Notes under the pieces: generated by a model
Databases searched by the model: none
Seen by the model: only the letters and a program-made list of their open reading frames with translations
Told to the model about the DNA's origin: nothing
Source of the DNA: Okamejei kenojei
Taxonomy: Eukaryota
NCBI GenBank assembly: GCA_035221665.1
Contig: CM069154.1
Location: forward strand, 5,704,001-5,768,000
Length of the DNA: 64,000 nucleotides
Reading direction: 5' to 3'
In this document: in pieces, positions 1 to 14,000 of the stretch
Layout: every line of letters starts with the position of its first letter
Numbering within the stretch: position 1 is the first letter of the stretch
Position numbers and translations under genes: made by a program

Positions 1-1922
1 GCGGTGGTGGAGGCACCGACAACATCGCCAGGCCAGGCCGACGCCTGCAACTCCCACCCAGTGCCGTCTCCATGACAACGGGCCTTTAAGCCCAAAATAA
101 GACTCTACTTTTTTACCAATTTGAAGTTTGAAAGAATATAAGATACCACCAGAAATGTGGAAACTCTTGTGTACTATATCATATAATCTGCTATTAATAC
201 ACTCTTGTCCTTAGCTTCAGCTGTGCTTATATAAAGTAAGATTTTTACTGAATTCTATGCAAGTGCATGAGACAATAAAGTATCATTGAACCATTGAGCA
301 ATGGGGATATAAAAACGGTTAAATGATTACAAATATTGAACTGTGGACACACGTTAGAAGAATAAGATAAAAATTGAGGGTAAACGTTATATTAATATTG
401 TTATTCTGATGGAATGATGCCCAATAATCACCGTTTAGCTTTTCAGGGCCAGAGAGGGTGTTCACCAGTTAGAGATGTACAAATCTCATCACCTTGACCC
501 TACAGCATCACCACACCCCATCTATGTCCAATCTTGAGGAGGAATTTCTTTAGCCAGAAGGTGATGAATCTGTGGAATTCATTGCCACAGACAGTTGTGG
601 AGGCCATGTCAATGGATATTTTTAAAGTGGAGATTGACAGGTTTTCTCATGGAGTCTAAGGTTGTGGTGAGAAGGCAGGAGAATGGGATGGAGTGGGAAA
701 GATAGATCATCCATGATTGAATGGCAGAGTAGACTCGATGGAGCAAATGGCCAAATTCTGCACCTATGTTTGCAGACACGTCTGCACATCCTGACATTCA
801 CCCAATAGACAGCAGTACATAGACCAGAACTCAAAGCTGGCTCTCCAGAATGTGAACTTTTAACTTTACTATCAATTGAATTGCTGTGTAAAACCCTGCA
901 CATTGAATAATGATTACAGAATAATGCCACAGAGGGTAGTTGAGGCCAGTTCATTGGCTATATTTAAGAGTGAGTTGGATGTGGCCCTTGTGGCTAAGGG
1001 GATCAGAGGGTATGGAGAGAAGGCAGGTACGGGATACTGAGTTGGATGATCAGCCATGATCATATTGAATGGCGGTGCAGGCTCGAAGGGCTGAATGGCC
1101 TACTCCTGCACCTAATTTCTATGTTTCTATGTTTCTATGATTAATATAATCGAACGTAAATAAAGATGGCTGCATTTTTGTCATAAGGCCATAAGTGATG
1201 AGAGTAGAATTAGGCTATTTGGCCCATCAAGTCTACTCCCCCATTCATTCATAGCTGACCTATCTCTTCCTCGCAACCCCATTCTCCTGCATTCTCCCCA
1301 TAACCTCTGACACATATACTAATTAAGAATTTATCTGGTGATGTGAGTGGACGTACCTGATCACGTTTGGTGTTGTCTTATCTCTCCTGGGTAATGTTTC
1401 AACACATGAGATGCTGAGGAAGGCTGGACAAATTAGCGACGCACATTTTGAGGTGGGTAAACTGATCACGTTTACACGTTCCATGAGTAGAATATGGTCA
1501 TTCTGCCCAACAAGTTTATTCCGCCATTCATACATGGCTGATCTCTGCTTCCTAATCCCATACTATTTCAGACACAGTGTGCCCGCATTTGGGGGAGGGG
1601 GTTGAGGGAGTGGGGAAGGGAATGTTTGCAGTGGTGGACTGTGCGCTAGTCAAGCGGGCAAATGTCACCAAGATGAAGCAGCGCTTCGAGGAGATGCTCC
1701 AATCCAGGCAACAGGAAAGCGTTGGAGCGCACTCCTGATAGGTGCATTGTCCGTGGTGAGGAGGCTGGGGGAGTTGGCAAGTGAGTCACCAAGTTAGTCT
1801 CGAACCACTGCAAAGTCGTTTCCTGAGCAAACGGAAATTGACTATTTGACTTAGGTTGTGAATGAGGAAGAGGATAACTCAAACGCAGTGCAGGAACCAA
1901 ACCGATCCAACGCAGCCAAGAC

Positions 1923-2019
1923 ATGGCGGTGGGACAGGGAGAATTCACCCACCAGAAACAGCCCAGATCCAGGCGAACGGTCACTCTGCTGGTTCTTGTC
2001 GTTGTTGTTCTCACACCAG
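1923..2019 (+). CDS. Gene A exon 1, signal peptide
   Basis: ATG at 1923 gives MAVGQGEFTHQKQPRSRRTVTLLVLVVVVLTP(G); phase-1 donor CAG|GTAAAT. Confidence 0.7.
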
Positions 2020-5000
2020 GTAAATCGTTGTTTTACAAAATGCTCTGTTCATTAGAATTAGCTACCAGCAGATGATAAATTGCTCAACACTCGTTAGTTC
2101 CTGTAGTGACTTCCATCAGCGGTTGTTGTCGTGTTGTGTGCAGCCAAATTGCACACAGCTAGCTCCCTGTGGAGAAGGGAGATAACTATCTACAGCTTGC
2201 CTTGCCTTGTGGACCTCACTGAAACTTACCAAACATACCAAATAGTGAAAGCCTGTATAGTGTGGATGGGGTGAGGATGTTTCCACTAGTGGGAGAGTCT
2301 AGGACCAGAGGTCGCAGCCTGAGAATTCAAGGGCATTCCTTTAGGAAGGAGATGCAGAGGAATTTCTTTAAAAGGTGGTGAAACTTTGGAATTCACTGCC
2401 GCAGAATGCTGTGGAGGCCGTCGATAAATATTTCTAAGGCAGAGATGGATAAATTCTTGATTAGTACGGGTGTTAGGAGTCTTGGGGAATAGGCAGGAGG
2501 ATTTAGTTGAGAGGGAAAGGTAGATCAGCCATGATTGAATGGAGGAGAGTAGACTTGATGTGCCAAATGGCCTAATTCTGCTCCTAGTACTAATTAACTT
2601 ATGATCTGTTCAGAATTATTTACTAACACCTTGAATTATTTTGAGCACAGAGCAGACTACTGGGCTACAAGCTGGTAAAGATAAAGTGCTTGCAGACTTG
2701 TTCTTTCCTGCACAAACGACTGTTGTGATGCTGTGCACACAGCTAACTACCTGTAGAAAATGACCCGACAGCTGGCCTTGTTGATTATGGGTGTAGGGGT
2801 AATTCTTGCCCCCCAGACCAGAGAGTTTGTTCCACTATTCTGGTGCAAACTATCTCCAGGTGAACTTTCTCAGTAACTTTACAGCAGACCAGCTAAATGC
2901 TTTACCCCTTGCATATCTCTTTACTTCCACCCTCGCTGACTGTTGGTCTGAAGACGGGTCTCAACTCGAAACCTCACTCTTTTCTTCGCTCCAGAGATGC
3001 CACCTGACCCGCTGCGTTACTCCAATATTTAGTGTCCATCAAAGACACACGGCACTCCCTTGACGCACTGCAATGGGAAATGTTGAACCTAAACCTTAGC
3101 ACATTCAAAGAAAAAACCTGTGAAAGCCAGCCATTGGGAACAAGCGGGCATCTCAAATGAGGAAGCAGCAGAGTGACTGTCCAATTTAGCATTTGGAGAA
3201 GTTGTGGTAAACTCTCCCTTCTGAGAAAAAACAGCTGGACTGATCTGATGTGTCTCCACCCCAGCTCCTGAATCTGCAGAGTTTCACATGTGTTCGAGTC
3301 ATAGAGTGATACAGTATAGAAACAGGCCCTTCGGCCCAACTTGCCCACACCGGCCAACATGTCTCAGCAACACTAGTCCCACCTGTCCACGTTTGGTCCA
3401 TGTCCCTTCTAACCTGTCCTATCCATGTACCCGTCTTAACTGTTTCTTAAATGATGGGATAGTCCCTGCCTCAACTAGCTCCTCTGGCAGTTTGTTCCAT
3501 ACACCCACCACCCTTTGTGTGAAAAAGACACCTCATGATTATTCCAGGTGGACGTGGAGTTTGAAACATCAGTGGGAGATCCAGCTTCCTCCAACGCCCG
3601 GGAAGTTTAGTTCAATGGGGCAGAAAGTGCTGGCGTAACTCAGTAGGTCAGGCAGTATCTCATGGGTCTTGACTTTTTTTAACGTCACCTATCCATGTTC
3701 TCCACAGTTGCTGCCTGACCTGCTGAGTCACCACAGGCAACTGGCTATTCAACTTTGGTAAAACACAAAGTGCTGGAGTAACACTGCAGCTTCAAGCTGC
3801 AGCTCTTGGTGACTTTCCTTTAGTGACTTTAGAGACACAGCACGGATCAGGCCCTTTGGCCATCAAGACCATGCCGTTCCAGCGATCACCAGCACACTAA
3901 CATATCCTACTCACGAGGAACAATTTACAATTTTAACAGAAAGCCAATAACTACAAAACTTGCAACATCTTTAGAGTGTGGGAGTACTGGAGCACCAGAG
4001 AAAGTCCATGCTGTCACGGGGAGAACATACAAACTCCGTACAGACAGCACCCGATGTCAGGATCAAACATGGGTCTCTGACGCTGTAAGGAAGCAAACTC
4101 TACCCCTGTGCCCACCATGTCTCTCCCATAACATGTTCTCCAAGCGATGTTGCCTGACCCGCTGAGCCATCACAGGCAGCTGGCTAATCAGCTTTAGTAA
4201 AGCACAAAGTGCTGGAGTAAATCAGCAGGACAGACAGCACCTCTGGAGAAATAACATGGATAGGTGACATTTAGGGTTGAGACTAGAATGAGGGGTAGGC
4301 CATTTAGGAAAACTTTTCACCCAGAGAGTTCCACGTTCTCCAGAGTTAGTTCCTGACCCATTTGAGTTACTCCAACACTTTGTGTCCTTTTGGTGTATCA
4401 ACCAGCATCTGCAGTTCCTTGTTTCTACTAGTTCAATGGGGGGAAGTGGGTTTTTTGTAGTGAGATTGAACACGGGGTGGAGTCAGAGTGAGAGACAGGT
4501 TGGCTTCCTGTCACATGACCACCACTCAGGTCAAGCCACGCCACAGGGAAGGGAGGATCTGGGCGCCAGGTAGATTCAGGAGCAGTTCTGCTTTCACTGG
4601 AACTTGGGGAACAATACTTGGTGAAATGGGAATTAACCCCAGTGGGAAGAAAAGCATTAAAGTGCAACAGGATCAATGCAAAAGAAGAGAGACACAAAAT
4701 GCTGGAGTTAACTTAGCGCGACGGGCAGCATCTCTGGAGAGAAGGAAATGGGTGAGGAAAACCTCTCCATCAGTTTCTCCAGAGATGCTGCCCATCCCGC
4801 TGAGTTACTCCAGCTTTTGTGTCTATCTTTGGTGTAAACCAGCACCTGCAGTTCCTTGCTAACATGATCTATGCGAAAAAAACCCCATGAACCTGTCTGA
4901 ACAGCACAAATACATGTGTTTTATTGTTTAAACTCAGCTTGTGTTGCTGCAGTGTGAGTGATCTTTCATCAGTAATGTGCCAACAGGGTCAAGGGGAATA

Positions 5001-8000
5001 ACTGGACCGAGGAGGTGAGGGGAGAGTTGCGGCAGTCGGTCACTGTGGAATGTCAGTATGGTCAGGAATTTCAGTGACTACAAGAAGCTATGGGGAGTAA
5101 AGGTAAATATCACCTGTCATCATTCTACAGTGGTTTCTACTGATCAACCCACGACAAGGGAGAACATCGATGACTGATATCAAAACACAACGGATACTTT
5201 CAGTAACCATCGAACAACCTGGAGAAGAGTGATGAAGGATGATCTACTGGTGTGCCATAGACATACCATCGTAATCTTCGATGAATCGACCTCCATCTAA
5301 TTGAAGGTTTCGAAGGTACGTTGACGATCTCTCCTCATTCTCCAAAGGTGAATATTCCAGCCTGGGAAATGCGGCTTCATTCTGGACGGCGACTCGGGGG
5401 CCACACATCGCCGGGGATCAGTGTGAGGGGGGAGGGGGAGCACATTTACTGGGGTCCTGGCCCATGGGGCCACACAAGAGCCCACTGTCCAGGAGCAGTG
5501 TGTGTGGGGTGGGCGGAGCTGTGTGTGTGGGGTGGGCGGAGCTCATCAATGGGGACCAGCGGTTTTGCTGCTGGCGGCTCATTTCCCCCAAAGACGATCG
5601 CTCCAGGACCAGAACCTCTGCCGCCCCTCACTGGGGCAAGAGGGGGAACCGCCCCCTCACCCTCTCCCCCTGCCCATCACTGTCACACCCACCATGCACA
5701 CAACATCTGAAGAAGGGTCCCAACCCTATACATCGTCACGTTCATTCCTTCACAGATGCTGCCATGACCTGTGCTGAGTTACTCCAGACTTTGTGTTTTG
5801 CTCAAGATTCCAGCACCTGCAATTCCTTGTGTCTCACAAACTTTGGTGATTCATGAGCTCAGTTTATTGTTGTCGTCTGTACCGACGCACAGGGGAAAAA
5901 AGCTTTTACCGTGTTTCCAATGAAACATAGAAACATAGAAATTAGGTGCAGGAGTAGGCCATTCAGCCCTTCGAGCCTGCAACCGCCATTTCAATATGAT
6001 CATGGCTGATCATCCAACTCAGTATTCCCGTACCTGCCTTCTCTCCATACCCCTCTGATCCCCTTAGCCACAAGGGCCACATCCAACTCACTCTTTAATA
6101 TAGCCAATGAACTGGCCTCAACTACCCTCTGTGGCAGAGATGTTCCAGAGGACTCACCACTATCTCTGTGTGAAAAAAGTCTTTCTCATCTCGGTCTTAA
6201 AGGATTTTCCCCCTTATCCTTAAGTTGTGACCCCTTGTCCTGGACTTCCCCAACATCGGGAACAATCTTCCTGCATCTAGCCTGTCCAACCCCTTAAGAA
6301 TTTTGTAAGTTTCTATAAGATCCCTCTCAATCTCCTAAATTCCAGAGAGTATAAACCAAGTCTATCCAGTCTTTCTTCATAAGACAGTCCTGACATCCCA
6401 GGAATCAGTCTGGTGAACCTTCTCTGCACTCCCTCTATGGCAATAATGGTCCTTCCTCAGATTTGGAGACCAAAACTGTACGCAATACTCCAGGTGTGGT
6501 CTCACCAAGACCCTGTACAACTGAAGTAGAACCTCCCTGCTCCTGTACTCAAATCCTTTTGCTATGAAAGCTAACATACCATTCGCTTTTTTCACTGCCT
6601 GCTGCACCTGCATGCCTACTTTCAAATGACTAGTGTACATGACACCTCCAGGTCTCGCTGCATCTCCCCTTTTCCTAATCGGCCCATTTAAATAATAGTC
6701 TGCTTTCATGTTTTTGCCACCAAAGTGGATAACCTCATATTTATCCACATTATACTGCATCTGCCAAACATTTGCCCACTCACCCAGCCTATCCAAGTCA
6801 CCTTGCAGTTCCTTGCATCCTCCTCACAGCGAACACTGCCCCCAGCTTAGTGTCATCCGCAAATTTACTTGGAAGATATTGCCTTCAATTCCCTCATCCA
6901 GATCATTATATATATTGTAAATAGCTGGGGCCCAGCACTGTGCCCTGCGGTACCCCACTAGTTTATTGCCTGCCTTTGTGAAAAAGGACCCGTTTTACTC
7001 CTACTCTTTGCTTCTGTTTGCCAGCCAGTTCTCTATCACATCAATACTGAACCCCTAATACCGTATATGCTTTTAAGTTTGTTATACTAATCTCTTATGT
7101 GGGACCTTGTCGAAAGCCTTCTGGAAGTCCAGATATTACCACATCCACTGGTTCTCCCTTATCCACGCTACTAGTTACATCCTCGAAAAATTCCACAAGA
7201 TTCGTCAGACATGATTTACCTTTCGTAAATCCATGCTGACTTTGTCCAATGATTTCACCACTTTCCAAATGTGCTGCTATCCATCTTTAATAACTGACTC
7301 TAGCAGTTTCCCCACTACCGATGTTAGACTAATGGTCTGTAATTCCCCGTTTTCTCTCTCCCTCCCTTCTTAAAAGAGGGGTTACATTTGCTACCCGCCA
7401 ATCCTCAGGAAACTACTCCAGAATCTAAAGAGTTTTGAAAGATTATCACTAATGCATCCACTATTTCCTGAGCTACTTCCTTAAGCACTCTGGGATGCAG
7501 CCTATTCTGGCCCTGGGGATTTATCGGCCTCTTTAATCTATTCAATTTACCCAACACCACTTCCGACTGACCTGGATTTCACTCAATTCCTCTTTGACCC
7601 ACAGGTCCCCTGCTATTTCAGGCAGATTATTTATGTCTTCCTTAGTGAAGACGGAACCAAAGTAGTTATTCAATTGGTCCGCCATATCCTTGTTCCCATG
7701 ATCAAACTCACCTGTTTCTGACTGCAAGGGACCTACATTTGTTTTAACTAACCTCTTTCTCTTCAACATATCTATAAAAACTTTTGCAGTCAGTTTTTAT
7801 GTTCCCTGCCAGTTTTCTTTCATAATCTATTTTTTCCTTTCCTAATTAAGCCTTTGTCCTCCTCTGCTGGTCTCTGAATTTCTCCCAGTCCTCTTGGTAT
7901 GCTGCTTTTTCTGGCTACTTTGTACGCATCATCCTTTGCTTTGATACTATCCCTGATTTTTCCCTTGTTATCCACGGATGGCACTACCTTCCCCGATTTA

Positions 8001-11000
8001 TTTATTTTGCCAAACTGGGATGAACAATTTTTGTAGTTCATCCATGCAGTCTTTAAATGTCTTCCATTGTATATCCACCGTCAACCCTTTTAGAAATTAA
8101 TTGCCAGTCAATCTTGGCCAATTCACGTCTCATACCCTCAAAGTTGCCTTTCTTTAAGTTCAGAACCATTGTTTCTGAATTAACAATGTCACTCTCCATC
8201 CTAATGAAGAACTCAACCATATTATGGTCACTCTTGCCCAAGGGGCACGTTACAACAAGACGGCTAATTACCCCTTCCTCATTACTCAGAACCCAGTCTA
8301 AAATAGCCTGCTCTCTCGTTGGTTCCTCTACATTGTTGATTTAGATAACTATTCCCGCATACATTCCAAAAAATCCTCTTCCTCAGCACCCCTGCCAATT
8401 TGATTAACCCAATCTATATGTAGATTGAAGTCACCCATTATAACTGTTTTGCCTTTGTCGCACGCATTTCTAATTTCCTGTTTGATACCATCCCCAACTT
8501 CTCTGCTACTGTTAGGTGGCCTGTACACAACACCCACCAGCGTTTTCTGCCCCTTAGTGTTTTGTAGCTCTACCCATACCGATTCCACATCCTCCAAGCT
8601 AATGTCCTTCCTTTCCATTGCGTTAATCTCCTCTCTCTAACCAGCAACGCTACCCCACCTCCTTTTCCTTTCTCTCTATCCCTCCTGAATATTGAATATC
8701 CCTGGATGATCAGCTCCCAGCCTACGTCACCCTGGAGCCATGTCTCCGTGATCACCAACTATATCATAATCATTAATATCTATCTGCACGTTCTCAACTC
8801 GTCCACCTTATTACGAATACTCCTTGCATTGAGACACAAAGCCTTCAGGCTTTGTCTTTACAACGCAACTTACCCCTTATACAATTTTGCTGAAAAAGTG
8901 GCCCTTTTGAGGGCCAAGTCATTGGGTATTTTTAAGGTGGAGATTGACAGATTCTCAATTAGTATGGGTGTCAAGCGATATGGAGAGAAGGCAGGAGAAT
9001 GGGGTTGAGAGGAGGAGATACTGTATATCAGCCATGAATGAATGGCGATGTAGACAAATATGGGGCAAAATGGCCTACTTCTGCCCCTATCACATGAACA
9101 TAAACGAAGAATCCTCATGAGATGAGTGATATAGACTTTACACTGAGCCACACACACTGTACAAGATGAGATACTCAACGGGCCGGGCAGCATCTGTGGA
9201 GAGAGAATGTGAGTTAATGTTTCAGGTAGATACCTCCAGCCAAATTGCATTATTTCCAATTCAGTCCGTGTAACGCAAATGGTCCATGGATCCTCCCGCT
9301 CCCAAGTTCTTCTCCAACGTAGAAGACATGTGCCTAACTCTAGCAGTAGGAAGATAACACAGCCTGTGGGACTCTGAAGGGCATGAAAGAAGTCTCTGAA
9401 TGCTTGCGACCATCCAGTGGCATCTTAATGGGCGAGCCTCCTGTCTAGATCATGAGGCTTGGTCCATCTATGGTGGCCTCAGAAGAATCCTTGCTTAAAT
9501 CTCTGTAGTGGGATTCAAACCAAGAATCTCCCAAACACCACTAAAGTGGCACAGAACGTGCTTTGTGACATTTAATGTTCAAAAACTTCATTTTCTTCAT
9601 CTCCACAAGGGTCTCAAACAAGCCGCCCAGACATGGTCACCTCCACCTCTACAACAATGAGCACAAGGGCTTCCACCACAACCACTCTGACCACCCTGAC
9701 TCTAGATGCACCAACCACCAAGGAAGCAAGTTCCATTGAGGCTTCTGGTTCAACATCTCCAAACAGGTCTGTAACTCGAAGAGCCAACTCAGCCTCACCT
9801 GAGAACAAATTAGTTAAGTTCAATTCAGCTCGGTTTAAAGATACAGTGTGGAAATGGGCCCTTTAGCCCGCCGAGTCTGCTCTGAGCAGTGATCACCCCA
9901 TACTCCAGCTCTGTTCTACACACTGGGACATTGTACAGAAGCCAATTAACCTACAAACCCGCACGTCTTTGGAATGTGGGAGGAAACCGGAGAACCTGGA
10001 AAAAACTCTTGCGATCACAGGGAGAACGTACAAACTCTGTACAGACGGCACCGGTAGTCAGGATCAAACCCGGGTCTCCTGCGCTGTGAGGCAGCAACTC
10101 TACCACTGCGCCACCGTGCCAACCCTAAATGGTCAGCATGGTCTCAATGGGCCAAAGGGCCTATTCCCATGTCATATATATTTAAACTCTAAACTACTTT
10201 ATAGTTCCTTAAATATCAATAGAATTATTGATAATGTTCTAGAATTTAACCTGCACTGCATTCAAATCTAGTTCCACATTTTACTTTCTGGATCGAAACA
10301 CATGGTTCATTACTGGGGAGGGAAACAGTCCTATTACCATGAGCTCGTCATTGTTTTTTCTTGTATTTTGCAGGGAGGCAGATACATTTCCATGGCAGTT
10401 TGTTCTTGCGATTGCCTTGACAATTGTCTTTCTTCTGTTAATTGCTGCCATTATCCTATGTGTAAAAATAAGGCAGAAAAAGAAAACCGGTAAGTTCCGT
10501 TGAATGTACGTAAATATCAAAGGGCACTCTTGTTGATGAACAAAGATTTGGCACTTCTCTCTGAGGTGTCTTTCACAAACGCAAACCATTCACCTAGCGT
10601 ATAACAGCAGGGAAAGACACCAAGTGCTGGAGTAACTCAGCAGGTCAGGCAGCATCTCTGGAGAACATGGACAGGTGACATTTCAGGGAGGCCAGAAACC
10701 AGGGTTCGATCCTGACTATGGCTGCTGTCTGTATGGAGTTTGTACGTTCTCCCTGTGAGTGTGTGGGTTTACACCAGAGAGACAGGTCCTTTGGCCCAAC
10801 TCGTCCTTACTGACGTCCAAGGTGCTTCCCTACGCACGTCCCACTTACCTGTGCTTGTCCCACATCACTCATCCCAACCTGTGCTTGTGCCACATCCCAA
10901 GCATTCATGTATCTCTCCAAATGTCTTTTAAACACTGGAATTGGACTTGCCTTTACTACTCCCTCTGTCGGTTTGATCCGTGTGATGAGAGTGGTCAAAT

Positions 11001-14000
11001 CTGGGGTGAATTGACAGGAAGACGGGGCGAATAAAATGGGATTGTGGAGATGAATGGAAATGGATGCTTGATGGGCCAGCATGAGCCCAAAGGGCCTGCT
11101 TCCCTACTGATGGTTCTGTGAAAACCATCTGGTTAGAAGCTGCAATAATATGCAGCAGTGTGTCAGTCTTATCCAGATTGAACAAGAATATTTTCATCTG
11201 CAAATGGTACAGAGGTAGTGATGGCCACAGGAAGCCAGGAGACGATTGAGATCTTTCAGAAGCAGAAGGAGACAAACATATTTCTCAACAGGTTCAGACA
11301 TCGACGTCCTGTTATTTAGCTTAGTGATGACACGTCAAACCCACTGAATCTCCATGCAGTGAAATTATCCGGAAATTGTAATGCTGTTTTGAAGTAGAAC
11401 CCTTGGAAATGTCCAGGAGTGGTGGATGTAAGATCTGCAGGAGGAAGGCAGGAGAGATGACTGGTGACAACTTTGCTGAATTCATCAAGTCATAGAACTA
11501 AACAGCACTGGCTATGCACTGAAGTTTAAATGTGTTCTGCTCCTTCCCTGTTCACAACCTAATGCTTCACACCAGAAACAAGGCTCAGTTCATTTGTAAA
11601 TGACTAAATGAGTATTTGGTTTAGTTTAAGAAAGAACTGCAGATGCTGGAAAAATCAAAGGTAGATAAAAATGCTGGAGGTATACAGTGGGTGAGGCAGC
11701 ATCTATGGGGAGAAGGAATATGTGACGTTTCGGGTCGAGACCCTTGCCTTAGGAGGGTCCCTGACCTAAAAGTCACCTATTCCTTCTCTCCATAGATGCT
11801 GCCTCACCCGCTGAGTTCCTCCAGCATTTTTGTCTACCTTTGGTTTAGTTTACAGATACATCGTGAAAACTTTGGCCAAAGCGTCCACACCAACCATCAA
11901 TTATCCGCACACTAGTCATAGAGTCATACAGCATGGAAACAGGCCCTTCGGCCCAACTGATGCACACCGACCAACATGCTCCATCTACACTCGTCCCACC
12001 TGCCTGCATTAGCCCGTATCCCTCCAAACCTGTCCTTTCCATGTACCTGTCTTAATGTTTATTAAACGTTGTGATAGAATTGAAGACTGTGCAGTGTTAC
12101 AATTTCTGAACGCATTTGTTTCGCTTAGTTGGTAGATGGAGCATGGAAACAAGCCCTTCAACCCACCAGGTCCACGCGACCCCACATCCCCCCCCCCACC
12201 CCCCCGAACATTGATCATCCATTCATACTAGTTCTACATTATCCCACTTTCTCATCCATGCCCTGTATACCCTGGGGGCAATTTCAACAGATTTGCAGCA
12301 GTTCAAGAATGTGGGTTCACCAGCATCTTTGCATGGTTTTTGTTGCATTGACCACTTTTGAGGTCGCTCCCTGTTATGTCAGCTCCATTTTCATGGCCAA
12401 AGTGTTACAACGCAGGCCAGGCATGGTGACTATTCTCATCATCGGCATGGCCTCTTGCTCATCGGCCTGTGTCCAAGCAACACGAGAGATTTTGCTAATT
12501 TTAGTCTCAAATGAAAAGGAAGTGTAGGTGGTAAGGTTTGGGAATCTGAAACCAGACAGGGCCTTTGACAAATAGAAAGAAAGCAGAAGAGAACTTAAGC
12601 AGAGAATCAGGAGGGCTAAAAGGGGCCTTCAAATGTCCTTTACGAAAACAGACACAAAAATTGTTCCTAGTGTGTAGGATAGTGCCAGTGTACGGGGTGA
12701 TCGCTGGTCTCGCGTGGACTCTAAGTCTAAAGATGTAATCAAAGCATCTAATCCCCTTCCTTATGGAAGCACCAAGTACCCGTACACTAGTTCTATTCTA
12801 CACACCAGGAAACCTCTTAATGCACAAACCTACACATCCTTGGAATGTGATGGGAAACCGGAGCACCCACGTGGTCACGGGGAGAGAATGTACCGACTCT
12901 GTTACAGACAGCATCCATAGTGAGGATCGAACCCGGGTCTCTGGCGCTGTGAGGCAGCAACTCTACCGCTGTGCCACCGTGCCGTCCATTGCGAGGAGGC
13001 ATTCCCCTGATACTTTTCCTCGATGCAATAGATTATATTAGATAGACACATTCCTTCTCTCCAGAGGATGTTGCTTGTCCCGCTGAGTTACTCCTGCATT
13101 TTGTGTCTACCTTCGGTGGTAAACCAGCATTCAGGAATACATATTTGTCTTGCATCCAATCCGCAAAGAGAGTGGTACCAACCATGCTGTGCCTTTCAGA
13201 GGGTAGTTTGACCATGGTTTTTCTCCGACTTTGGTACCCTCCCACACTCCAAGAGACCGTAGGAGGATGTCCTCAAATAGTATAGCTTCATGCAGGATGG
13301 GATGATGTAGCAAAGGTTTACATGGGTGACTTAGATTGGGGCCAACCAAATTGGTAACACACTGAGAGGCGGATGTTCCTCAAATGATTTCGGGATGGGT
13401 TTTTAACCAATATGTAGAGGAACCGACTAGAGGGCAGGCCATCCTAGACTGGGTATTGTGTAATGAGGAAGGTTTAGCAATCTTGTTGCGCAAGGCCCCC
13501 GTGGGAAACAATGACCATAATAGAGTGGAATCCTGCATTAGGATGGAGGGTGACACGGTTAATTCAGAGACTAGGGTCCTAAACTTGATTAAAGTAGACT
13601 TTGAAGGTATGAGACGGGAATTGGCTAGGATAGACTGGCAAACTATACTTAAAGGGTTGATAGTGGAGATTATTTATTTTTTTTTTTTTAATTTTTGCAA
13701 TGGCAAAGATTTAAAGACCGCAAGGATGAACTCCAGAAAATTTTCATCCCTGTCTGGTGAATAAATAAAACTGGGAAGGCGGCTCAACTGTGGTTGATGA
13801 GGGAAGTCAAGCATAAACCAGAGGACTGGGAGAAATTTAGAACTCAACAGAGGAGGACAAAGGGGTTAATTAAGAGGGTGGGGGGGGGGTGGGAAGAGCA
13901 TGAAAGAAAGCTTGCGGGGAATAGAAAACTGACTGTAAAGGTTTCTTTAAGTATGTAAAAAGGAAAGGATTATTGAAGACGAATGTAGGTCCATTACAGT

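Noticed and set aside
5321-5856. Several overlapping ORFs after the gene A Ig exon
   Set aside because: GC-rich intronic sequence and repeat; no Ig motifs or coherent splice sites.
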